The notes under the pieces: model-generated
What the model saw: only the letters and a program-made list of their open reading frames with translations
Told to the model about the DNA's origin: nothing
The model's database searches: none
Translations under genes and position numbers: made by a program
From: an uncultured Actinomycetes bacterium
GTDB taxonomy: Bacteria; Actinomycetota; Acidimicrobiia; IMCC26256; DASPTH01
Direction: 5' to 3'
DNA length: 64,000 nucleotides
Assembly (NCBI GenBank): GCA_963841415.1
Contig: CAWJCN010000001.1
Coordinates: forward strand, 995,334 to 1,059,333
In this document: positions 38,577 to 46,826 of the stretch, piece after piece
How the letters are laid out: every line of letters starts with the position of its first letter
Numbering within the stretch: the first letter of the stretch is position 1

Positions 38577-39381
38577 GCGCGGATCTCGGCGTGGAGGATC
38601 GCGAACCATCCGTCGGGTGATTCACTCCAGACCCGCCACGCGTCACGCATGTCGTCGAGCTCTGCGCGCGTCGCGAACCCGCGCGTCGAGGGCCTGATCG
38701 GCGAACGCCGACGCCACGACCCGGTCCGCCCAGACGCCGCCCCACCACGCGCGGTCCGCGTCGGAAGCGAAGCACCACACCGATGCGCCCGCGTCGGTGT
38801 GCGAGAACCCCGCGGCCCGCGCCCATTGCAGCAGGCGCCGCCCGGCATCGGGTTCGGCATCGTTGCTGCGGGCGACCTCGTGGTACAGCTCGAGCCACCG
38901 CGTGAGCCGATGATCCTCGGGGAACCAGGTGAACGCCGCGTAGTCGGAGTCGCGCGCGGCCACCAGACCACCGGGCGCGCACACACGCCGCATCTCCCGC
39001 AGCGCGGCGACGGGATCGGTGAGGTGTTGGAGCACTTGGTGCGCGTGCACGACGTCGAACGAGTCGTCTGGGAACGTCGAGCGCGTACACGTCGCCGACG
39101 TCGAAGTTGACATTGTCGACGCCCGCGTCGCGCGCGGCCTCGCGCGCGGCTTTCGAGCACGTCGTCGGTTCGCGGTCGATCCCGACGACCGGCGCGGGCG
39201 CCACGCGCTGGGCGAAGTCGACGGTGATCGTGCCCGGACCGCAGCCGACGTCGAGGACGCGCGTGCCCGGCGTCAGCGCGTCGAGCAGGTAGCCCGCCGA
39301 GTTCTCCGCGGTGCGCCACCGGTGCGAGCGCAGCACGCTCTCGTGGTGGCCGTGCGTGTAGACGTCGTCGGGCGGGTTCAC
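38549..39381 (-). pseudogene. Class I SAM-dependent methyltransferase with two apparent +1 frameshifts (39075 and 38681)
   Basis: GTG 39381. VLDVGCGPGTITVDFA...NVNFDVGDVYALD is in frame 1. FPDDSFDVVHAHQVLQHL...FADQALDA is in the next frame. GFATRAELDDMRDAWRVWSESPDGWFAILHAEIRA is in the third frame, ending at TAG 38549-38551. The span is 833 nt (3n+2). Confidence 0.75.
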
Positions 39382-39782
39382 TCCGGATCGGGACGGATGC
39401 CCGCGGGGTCGAAGAACGCGCGCAGCGCGGTGATGCGGCCGTCGTCGTCGAACACGAGGTGGTCGACGATCGGCGCCAGCACCAGGCGCTCGGGCCCGTG
39501 GCCCACGTGCACCTCAAGGAACGCGAGCGCCTCGTCGCCGACGACGATCGGCGGCGCGGTCATGTGGAGATCGAGGTCCATCTGTCCAGCCCCCGCGTCG
39601 AAGAACGCGCCGATGGCGTCGAGACCCCGGTTGACCGGGGCGCCCACCGGATCCTCGTGGGTGGCGTCGGGCGCGAACAGCGAGAGCCAGGTGTCGCGGT
39701 CCTTGGCCGACTCGGCCTTGCAGTACGTCTCGATCACCTGCTGGGCGTGCTCGGGCGTCACCATGCGCCGGAGGCTATCCAA
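39378..39782 (-). CDS. SnoaL-like / ketosteroid-isomerase-fold protein
   Basis: 134 aa and intact, with AQQVIETYCKAESAKDRDTWLSLFAPDATHEDPVG. Its stop overlaps the methyltransferase GTG (GTGA). ATG 39764 is an alternative start. Confidence 0.65.
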   Translation of the reverse strand: MDSLRRMVTPEHAQQVIETYCKAESAKDRDTWLSLFAPDATHEDPVGAPVNRGLDAIGAFFDAGAGQMDLDLHMTAPPIVVGDEALAFLEVHVGHGPERLVLAPIVDHLVFDDDGRITALRAFFDPAGIRPDPE

Positions 39783-39788
39783 CGGGTG

Positions 39789-40269
39789 TCAGGCGCTCTC
39801 CACCGGTGCGAGCGCGCGGCGCCGTCGCAGCGCCTCGAATGCGGCGCCGAGTTGGCGGAGCTGCGTGCGCGAGAGGTGGTCGACGAAATTCGCGCCGCAC
39901 ACCGGCGACGTGGACGGGCGCGGCCGCCTCCAGCGTGGCCCGGCCGGAGTCGGTGAGCACGGCCAGCGTGACCCGACGATCGCCGGGGCTGGGCTCGCGG
40001 GCGACGTACCCCGCCTTGACGAGGCCGTCGAGCCGGCGGGTCAGGCCGCTCGGCGACAGGTGCAGGCGGGCGGCCAGGTCGCACATGCGCAGGCGCTGGT
40101 CGGGCGCCTCCGAGAGGTTCACCAGCACGCCGTAGTCACCGCCGTCGATCCCGAATCCCGCCAGCAGATCGGCCTCGAGCGCGGCGTGCAGCTCGGCGTA
40201 GGCCTCCACCAGCCCGCGCCAGGCCCGCATCTCCTCGTCGTCGAGCCATTCCGGCCGGGCGTCGGTCAT
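39789..40269 (-). pseudogene. MarR family transcriptional regulator with an apparent +1 frameshift near 39885-39888
   Basis: ATG 40269. ...RMCDLAARLHLSPSGLTRRLDGLVKAGYVAREPSPGDRRV...HVAGVRREF is followed, one frame over, by VDHLSRTQLRQLGAAFEALRRRRALAPVESA and TGA 39789-39791. The span is 481 nt (3n+1). Confidence 0.75.
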
Positions 40270-40299
40270 GACCCGAGTGTAACCAGTTCCCGTGTAGGA

Positions 40300-40324
40300 G
40301 CAACTGTTGACACCGCAACTGTTG
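40300..40324. promoter_or_regulatory. Two direct copies of GCAACTGTTG (each an imperfect palindrome CAACnGTTG) in the marR/yceI divergent intergenic region; candidate MarR operator
   Basis: Copies at 40300-40309 and 40315-40324, 15 bp apart. A related CAAGTTG lies at about 40348. They sit between MarR ATG 40269 and YceI ATG 40391. Confidence 0.45.
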
Positions 40325-40390
40325 GGTGGAATAGTTGAGATCGCAAGCAAGTTGCAAGGTCCGAACATCCCCCGCACCGAGGAGCCCACC

Positions 40391-40962
40391 ATGACCGACC
40401 TCTCCGGCACCGACCTCTCTGCCCTCTCCCCTGGCACCTGGACCGTCGACCCCGTCCACTCCACCGTCGGGTTCGTGGCCCGGCACCTGATGATCTCGAA
40501 GGTGCGCGGCCGCTTCACCGAGTTCTCGGGATCGCTCGAGGTGGCGCCCGAACCCGCTGCAGTCGAGCGTCGTGGCGACCGTGAACCTCGCCTCGGTCGA
40601 CACCGGTGACGAAGGTCGCGACGCCCACCTCCGCAGCGCCGACTTCTTCGACCTCGACGGCGGCGGCTCGCCCGCCATGACCTTTGCCAGCACCGGCATC
40701 AAGGTGGAGGACGACGACGGCGACTACGTCCTCTTCGGCGACTTCACCGATCAACGGCGTCACCCGCCAGGTCGAGTTCGCGCTCGAGTTCGAGGGCGTG
40801 AACGGCGACCCGTGGGGTGGTACGCGAGCCGGCTTCAGCGCCGAGACCGAGATCAACCGCAAGGACTTCGGCCTGGAGTGGAACGTGGCGCTCGAGACCG
40901 GTGGTGTACTGGTGGGCGACAAGGTCAAGGTGCACCTCGAGATCGAGGCCGTGAAGGCCTGA
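40391..40962 (+). pseudogene. YceI family (polyisoprenoid-binding) protein with two apparent +1 frameshifts (about 40556 and 40749)
   Basis: ATG 40391 follows GAGGAG. WTVDPVHSTVGFVARHLMISKVRGRFTEF...EVAPEP is in frame 1. LQSSVVATVNLASVDTGDEGRDAHLRSADFF...LFGDFT is in frame 2. INGVTRQVEFALEFEGV...KVKVHLEIEAVKA is in frame 3. The span is 572 nt (3n+2). Confidence 0.8.
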
Positions 40963-40993
40963 CGTCGAGGACGACCCGGGAAGGCGGTGCCCC

Positions 40994-41440
40994 GTGAAGA
41001 CGATCGAGCTGGGTCACGCAGTGCTCTACGTTCGTGATCTCGAGCGGTCGCGCCACTTCTACGGCGAGCTCCTCGGGCTCCCCGAGATCGGCCCCGCCTT
41101 CCCGGGTGCGGCCGCCTTCAGCGGCGGTCGCACCCACCACGAGCTCCTGCTCATCGAGGTGGGCCCGTCGGCGGCGGCGCCGCCCGCGGGTCGCCGCACC
41201 GGCCTCTACCACCTCGGCTTCAAGATCGGCACCACCGACGACGAGCTGCGCGACGCGTGGCAGGAGCTCGAAGCAGCCGGCGTCACGATCGTGGGCGCGT
41301 CCGACCACACCGTCACCCATTCGCTCTACGTGCTGGATCCAGACGGCAACGAGCTCGAGCTCTACATCGACGTGCAGCCGGAGCGCTGGCGCGACGAGCC
41401 CGCGCTGGTGATGGCGCCGACCAAGCCGCTGCGGGTCTGA
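40994..41440 (+). CDS. VOC/glyoxalase-family protein (extradiol dioxygenase-like)
   Basis: GTG 40994, 148 aa and intact. Patterns LGHAVLYVRDLERSRHFY, HHELLLIE, LYHLGFKI and HSLYVLDPDGNELELY. Confidence 0.75.
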   Translation: MKTIELGHAVLYVRDLERSRHFYGELLGLPEIGPAFPGAAAFSGGRTHHELLLIEVGPSAAAPPAGRRTGLYHLGFKIGTTDDELRDAWQELEAAGVTIVGASDHTVTHSLYVLDPDGNELELYIDVQPERWRDEPALVMAPTKPLRV

Positions 41441-41461
41441 CTCCCGCGGCCGACCTCGACG

Positions 41462-42413
41462 CTAGCCGGCAGGTAGTCCTCCAGGCTGGCGATGGCGAAG
41501 CCCTGTTCCTTGCACACCTCGAACACCTTCTGCAGGTCGGCCAGCAGGTCGGTGCGGAAGTGCATCAGCACGATGTCGCCCGGTGTCAGCTGCGTGCCGT
41601 CCTGCAGGTCGAAGCGCCCGTCGTTCGTCGAGCCCTTCCACAGGACGACGGCTTTCAACCCGCACGACGCGGCCGCCGCCTGCACGTTGGCGTTCGTCGC
41701 GCCGTAGGGCGAGCGGAACAAGCGTCGGGCGACGGCCGAACAGCGTCTGGTAGTCGTCCTGGTCGCCGCACACCTCGTTCTGCACCTGCCCGTACGACAG
41801 CGTCGTCAGGTCGGGGTGGTTGATGGTGTGCGCCTCCACCACGCCGCCGTACTCCTGGAGCTGGCGGAAGTAGTCGGCGCCTGCGTCGGCTTCACCCTGC
41901 ACGAGGAACATCGAGAAGGGGATGTTGGCCTGCTTCAGCAGATCGGCGACGGCGGGATCGCGCGACGAGTCCGTCGTCGATGCCGAGGAAGATCACCTTG
42001 TTGGTGGTCGGGATGCGGCTGAAGATGGGCGCCGAGTTGGTGGGTGGCAGCGACACCGGGGTGGGTGCCGGTTGCTCGGGCAGCCCGAGCCCGGGGACCC
42101 GCAGCTTCGGGAGGGTGGTCGTGGTGGTCGGCGGCACGTCGTGGTCGTGGTGGTGGTCGAGCTCGTCGTGGTGGGCGCGGTCGACGTCGTCGTGGGCGCC
42201 GTGCCGGTGTCGATGCCCACCGTGTGCACCGCCGCCGCCGCTCTCCGGGGCCGGGGTCGCCCCACCGCTCAGCTCGAACGGCCCCGCGCCGAACACCAGC
42301 ACCAACGCCGCGGTCAAGCCGACGGCGACCGCGAACCGATCCCAGTGCGGCCGCGTGGGCCGTCTCCGAGCGCGCCGCGGCCCGGGTGCGGGAGAGGAAC
42401 TCACCGGGGGCAC
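41462..42413 (-). pseudogene. Secreted polysaccharide deacetylase (NodB-type) with at least two +1 frameshifts (41963 and about 41719) and an unresolved 3' end
   Basis: GTG 42413 is followed by a TM/signal region and a low-complexity linker, then KVIFLGIDDGLV in frame 1. RDPAVADLLKQANIPFSMFLVQGEA...HTINHPDLTTL...GRRPTL is in frame 2. FRSPYGATNANVQ...LMHFRTD...LEDYLPA is in frame 3. Frame 3 has no stop until 41362. The TAG at 41462-41464 belongs to frame 2. Confidence 0.7.
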
Positions 42414-42439
42414 GGTACCGCGTGGCGTAGGTTGCCCAG

Positions 42440-43675
42440 GTGCAAGGCGAAACCCGCTCGGTCGTCGCGTTGCTCTCCTCGGTGTTCTCGGCCACCACCG
42501 CCACAGCCCTGCTGAGCACCGTCCTCGGCAAGCTCGTGTTCGACATCACGGGCAGCGAGCTGGCCCTCGGTGTGCTGGGCTTGGCCGAGTTCGCGCCGGC
42601 CGCCCTGCTCGTGTTCGTCACCGGACCGCTCGCCGACCGGGTCGACCGCCGGCGCCTCTCCGCGCTCGCCCTCGGGTGCGAAGGGCTGGTCGCCGTCGGC
42701 ATCGCCGTCTACGCGAGCACCGACCCCACGTCGACGCTGCCGATCTTCCTCCTCGTGATCGGGTACGGCACCGCCCGGGCGTTCGCCGCCCCGGCTACCC
42801 GCTCGCTGCCCGCCGACGTCGTGGCCGGAGCTCGACTCCCCTGGCTCACCGCCCGCCAGGCGGCGACGTGGCAGGGCGCGCTCGTGCTCGGTCCGGTCCT
42901 CGGCGGCTTCCTCTACGTGGTGGCGCCGTGGGTGCCCTTCGCCGCGGCCGCCGTGCTCGTCGCGGCGTCGGCCCTCATCGTCCTCTTCGTGAAGGTGCGG
43001 CCGTTCACGCGCACCGTCGTGGTCGACGACGAGGACCGCCCGAGCATGCACGAAGCGATGGAGGGCCTGCGCTTCGTGCGGGGCCAGCCGATCCTCCTGG
43101 GCGCGATCTCGCTCGACCTCTTCGCGGTGCTGTTCGGCGGCGCAGTGGCGTTGCTCCCCGCGATCGCCGAGGATCGCCTCGGGGTGGGCGCGGTCGGACT
43201 CGGTTGGTTGCGTGCCGCCATCGGGATCGGCGCCGGTGCCGTCGCGCTCTTCCTGACCGTGCGGCCGGTGAGCCGGCACATCGGGCGTGTTCTTCTCGTC
43301 ACCGTCGCGCTGTTCGGCGTGGGGACGATCGTGCTCGGCGCCACCACCAGCTTCGTGGTCGCGTTCGTCGCGCTCCTCGTGCTCTCGGGCGCCGACGCGG
43401 TGAGCGTCTTCATCCGCTCGACGCTCGTGCCGCTGGTGACACCGGCCGACAAACGGGGGCGGGTGCTCGCGGTCGAGGCGGTGTTCATCGGCGCGTCGAA
43501 CGAGTTGGGCGCATTCGAGTCCGGGGTGGTCGGTCAGCTGCTCGGGCCGGCCACCGCGATCGTGCTCGGCGGCGTCGCCACGCTCGCGGTCGCCACAATC
43601 TGGTGGGGACGCTTCCCGGCCCTCCGCGACGTCGACACGTTCCCGTCGGCGGGCGACCACGTCGTGGCGTCGTAG
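42440..43675 (+). CDS. MFS transporter
   Basis: GTG start, 411 aa and about 12 hydrophobic segments. It has the PLADRVDRRR loop motif typical of MFS. Confidence 0.8.
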   Translation: MQGETRSVVALLSSVFSATTATALLSTVLGKLVFDITGSELALGVLGLAEFAPAALLVFVTGPLADRVDRRRLSALALGCEGLVAVGIAVYASTDPTSTLPIFLLVIGYGTARAFAAPATRSLPADVVAGARLPWLTARQAATWQGALVLGPVLGGFLYVVAPWVPFAAAAVLVAASALIVLFVKVRPFTRTVVVDDEDRPSMHEAMEGLRFVRGQPILLGAISLDLFAVLFGGAVALLPAIAEDRLGVGAVGLGWLRAAIGIGAGAVALFLTVRPVSRHIGRVLLVTVALFGVGTIVLGATTSFVVAFVALLVLSGADAVSVFIRSTLVPLVTPADKRGRVLAVEAVFIGASNELGAFESGVVGQLLGPATAIVLGGVATLAVATIWWGRFPALRDVDTFPSAGDHVVAS

Positions 43676-43726
43676 TTCTCCGGCCGCCTCTCGCTCGACC
43701 TCGGTCCGACCTGTGAAGATGGGGGC

Positions 43727-44986
43727 ATGACCGCCACCTCCGTGACCAGCTCGATCCGGCCCGTCCCCGCGCTCTGGGATCCCGACGTGTTCGTGCCGGG
43801 ACCGCCCCACGAGTTCCTCGCCGAGCTGCGCCGTACCCAGCCCGTCTACTGGCAGGACATGCCCGACGAGCCCGGCTTCTGGGCGGTGCTCACCCACGCC
43901 GACCTCACTGCGGTCGCCCGCGAGCCGGTGCTCTACTCGGCGAGCGAAGGCGGTGTCGTGCTCGAGAACCTCGCCCCCGACCGGCTCGAGCAGATGCGGG
44001 GGATGCTCCTGGCGATGGATCCGCCGAAGCACATCGACTACCGGCGGCCGCTCGCCCCGAGCTTCAAGGCACGCGTGATCGCGAGCCTCGAAGCTCGCAT
44101 TCGTGCGATCTGCCGCGAGATCAACGCTCGGGCGCGCGAGCAGCGCGACGTCGACTTCGTGCACGACGTCGCGACGTTGCTGCCGAGTCAGGTCGTCGGC
44201 GAGCTCATGGGCCTGCCGCGCGAGGACTGGCACCAGATCCAGCTCTGGGCCGAGATGAACACGAGCGGCCAGGACCCCGACATCGTGGGCGCCGAGAGCG
44301 CCGGGACGGCGCTGGGCTCGTCGTACGAGTCGGGGGGCGACGGGACGATGCACATGGCGATGTACGCGATGCAGTTCGCCGCCCAGCGTCGCACCGAGGC
44401 GCCGCGCGACGACCTCACCTCGCTGATCCTCGCCGGCAACTTCGGCGACGGCCCGATGAGCGACCTGGACTTCGGCATCTTCTTCGTGCAGCTCGTCACC
44501 GCCGGCAACGACACGACCAAGACGATGTTGTCGTCGGGCCTGCTCGCCTTGCTGCAGCATCCCGAGCAGCTGGCCGAAGTGCGCGTCGACCCGTCGTTGC
44601 TGCCCGGCGCGGTGGAGGAGATCCTCAGGTACGAGAACCCGCTCCACTACTTCCGCCGCACCACGACGGCCGACACGACCCTTCACGGCGTCGACATCGC
44701 CGCCGGCGACAAGGTGCTCATGTACTACACGTCGGCCAACCGCGACGAGACGGTGTTCGACGACCCGAACCGCTTCGACATCCACCGGTCGCCGAACCCG
44801 CACCTGTCGTTCGGCATCGGCGAGCACTTCTGCCTCGGCGCGCACCTGGCCCGGCTCGAGGGACGCGTGTTCTTCGAGGAGGTCCTCTCGACGTTCTCCG
44901 AGATCGAGCTCACCGGCGATCCGGTCCGGGTGCGGTCGAACCTCAACGCGGGCTACAAGAAGATGCCGATGCGGCTCACTTCCTGA
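43727..44986 (+). CDS. Cytochrome P450
   Basis: 419 aa with the haem-binding loop FGIGEHFCLGAHLA, I-helix VTAGNDTT and the EILRYENP (ExxR) motif. Confidence 0.9.
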   Translation: MTATSVTSSIRPVPALWDPDVFVPGPPHEFLAELRRTQPVYWQDMPDEPGFWAVLTHADLTAVAREPVLYSASEGGVVLENLAPDRLEQMRGMLLAMDPPKHIDYRRPLAPSFKARVIASLEARIRAICREINARAREQRDVDFVHDVATLLPSQVVGELMGLPREDWHQIQLWAEMNTSGQDPDIVGAESAGTALGSSYESGGDGTMHMAMYAMQFAAQRRTEAPRDDLTSLILAGNFGDGPMSDLDFGIFFVQLVTAGNDTTKTMLSSGLLALLQHPEQLAEVRVDPSLLPGAVEEILRYENPLHYFRRTTTADTTLHGVDIAAGDKVLMYYTSANRDETVFDDPNRFDIHRSPNPHLSFGIGEHFCLGAHLARLEGRVFFEEVLSTFSEIELTGDPVRVRSNLNAGYKKMPMRLTS

Positions 44987-45270
44987 GCGGCAGTCCTCCC
45001 GAATCCAGCCGGCGCGATCACCGCACGTTCGGGACCGCCGCGTCGGTCGCCCAGCGACGCGCCCCACATGGCGAACGTCGAGTTCGACGGCACGGCGTGG
45101 TCGCACTCACTGAGCAGGCCCAACTGGGTGATCGGATCGCGACCGGATGCCAGAGCCGACACGGCAACCCGGCCTCGGCGCTCGGAGCGTTCGACGAACA
45201 TCTCCAGGAGCTCCGAAGGAAGCGACACCGTGCTCTCCGGCCAGCGGAGCCACGGCCGTAACCTCGCCGG

Positions 45271-45891
45271 GTGCTGTTCCAGGCCCGGTTCTGGCCGTTG
45301 ATCGCCGACGGTTCGGTCACCGTCACGTTCCGACGTTGGAAGCGCCGCCAGGTCGTCGCCGGCCACCGGTACCGCACCGGGCATCGCATCGTGGGTCGCA
45401 TGATGATCGAGGTCGACGCGGTGGACGAAGTCGACCCGTCGGCGATCACGGATGCCGATGCCCGCCGGGCCGGGTTCACGGGCGCCGCCGAGCTGACCGG
45501 CCAGCTCCGGGGCGATTCGGCGCTTCCCGTCTACCGCATCGCGTTCCACGTGGTCGAGGAGCCCGACCCACGCGCGGTGCTCGCTGCGACCGACGAGCTC
45601 TCCCCCGACGACCGGGCCGAGATCGACCGACGACTCGACCGTCTCGACCGCGCGGCTGCGCACGGACCGTGGACGCGCGCCGTCCTCGACGCGATCGCCG
45701 CGCAGCCGGCGACGCGTGCCGCCGACCTCGCGGCGTCGTTCGGGCGCGAGACGCTGCCGTTCAAGACGGACGTGCGCAAGCTCAAGAACCTCGGGCTCAC
45801 CGAGAGCCTGGAGGTCGGTTACCGCCTCTCGCCGCGGGGCCGAGCCTACGTCGACGGCGAACCCGGTGAGCGGTGGGTGAGCGGTCGGTGA
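45271..45891 (+). CDS. ASCH-domain protein with C-terminal winged-helix-like region
   Basis: GTG start. The N-terminus (FQARFWPLIADGSVTVTFRRWKR...) has an ASCH-like beta-barrel pattern. The C-terminus reads LPFKTDVRKLKNLGLTESLEVGYRLSPRG. Confidence 0.55.
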   Translation: MLFQARFWPLIADGSVTVTFRRWKRRQVVAGHRYRTGHRIVGRMMIEVDAVDEVDPSAITDADARRAGFTGAAELTGQLRGDSALPVYRIAFHVVEEPDPRAVLAATDELSPDDRAEIDRRLDRLDRAAAHGPWTRAVLDAIAAQPATRAADLAASFGRETLPFKTDVRKLKNLGLTESLEVGYRLSPRGRAYVDGEPGERWVSGR

Positions 45892-45980
45892 GCGGTGGAT
45901 CCGCGCGAGACGGTGGCGGCGTCCGCGCCGCGGTGAAGCTCGCCGACGCGTTCCCGCCCGCGTCCCGGTAGCGTGCCAGC

Positions 45981-46769
45981 ATGCTCCTCGATCGCTTCCG
46001 TCTCGACGACCGCGTCGCCATCGTGACCGCCGGTGGCCGCGGGATCGGCGCCGCGTCCGCCCTCGCGTTGGCCGAATGCGGTGCCGACGTCGTCATCGCC
46101 GCCCGAACCGCCGACCAGCTCGACGACGTCGCGGCACAGGTGAAGGACCGCGGCCGCCGCGCGGTCGTCGTGCCCGCCGACCTCTCCGACCTGGACGCGG
46201 TCACCGGCCTGGTCGACACCGCGGTGCAGGAGCTCGGCCGCGTCGACATCGTCGTGAACAACGTCGGTGGCTCGATGCCCATGCCGTTCCTCGACACCGA
46301 CGTCAAGACGTTCGAAGGCGCGTTCCACTTCAACGTGAGCACCGCGTTCGCGCTGACCCGCACTGCGCTCCCCCACCTGCTCGAGTCCGGTCATGGCTCG
46401 GTGGTCAACATCACGTCGGCCATGGGACGCTTCCGCGACCGCGGGTACGTCGCCTATGGCACCGCCAAGGCGGCGCTCGCGCACATGACGCGTCTGCTCG
46501 CGGCCGACTGCGCGCCGAAGGTGCGCGTCAATGGCGTCGCGCCCGGTTCCATCGCCACAAGCGCGCTCGACATCGTGGTGAGCAGCGAGCCGCTGCACGA
46601 CGAGATGGTGGCGAAGACCCCGCTGCGCCGGCTCGGCGACGCCGACGACATCGCGATGGCGGTGCTCTACCTCGCGTCCGACGCGGCGTCGTACGTGACC
46701 GGCAAGATCCTCGAGGTCGACGGCGGCATCGAGGCCTCCAACCTCGACATGCACCTTCCCGACTTGTAG
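45981..46769 (+). CDS. Short-chain dehydrogenase/reductase
   Basis: 262 aa with VAIVTAGGRGIGAA, NNVG, YGTAKAA and VTGKILEVDGG. Confidence 0.85.
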   Translation: MLLDRFRLDDRVAIVTAGGRGIGAASALALAECGADVVIAARTADQLDDVAAQVKDRGRRAVVVPADLSDLDAVTGLVDTAVQELGRVDIVVNNVGGSMPMPFLDTDVKTFEGAFHFNVSTAFALTRTALPHLLESGHGSVVNITSAMGRFRDRGYVAYGTAKAALAHMTRLLAADCAPKVRVNGVAPGSIATSALDIVVSSEPLHDEMVAKTPLRRLGDADDIAMAVLYLASDAASYVTGKILEVDGGIEASNLDMHLPDL

Positions 46770-46792
46770 AGACCCGTAGAGGAAGCACGACC

Positions 46793-46826
46793 ATGAAGCT
46801 CTCGCTCGCATGAAGCTCTCGCTCGG
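46793..46826 (+). repeat. 17-bp tandem duplication of the LLM gene start (ATGAAGCTCTCGCTCGC / ATGAAGCTCTCGCTCGG)
   Basis: The first copy (46793-46809) gives ATG AAG CTC TCG CTC GCA TGA. Its stop overlaps the ATG (46810) of the second copy, which is the real gene start. Confidence 0.9.

Noticed and set aside
41362-41461. A C-terminal extension of the deacetylase (SVEVGRGSQTRSGLVGAITSAGSSRQRSGCTSM) as real coding sequence overlapping the VOC gene 3' end.
   Set aside because: The sequence is antisense to the well-supported VOC C-terminus and has no NodB-family resemblance. Homology ends at LEDYLPA next to an off-frame TAG (41462-41464). A further indel or a lost stop is more likely than a genuine 79-nt convergent overlap.
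44987-45270. Possible gene remnant on the minus strand between the P450 and ASCH genes (...SELLEMFVERSERRGRVAVSALASGRDPITQLGLLSECDHAVPSNSTFAMWGASLGD...).
   Set aside because: Third-position GC is only intermediate, no start or family motif is recognisable, and the frame continues antisense into the ASCH gene. It could be a decayed fragment, but I cannot support a call.
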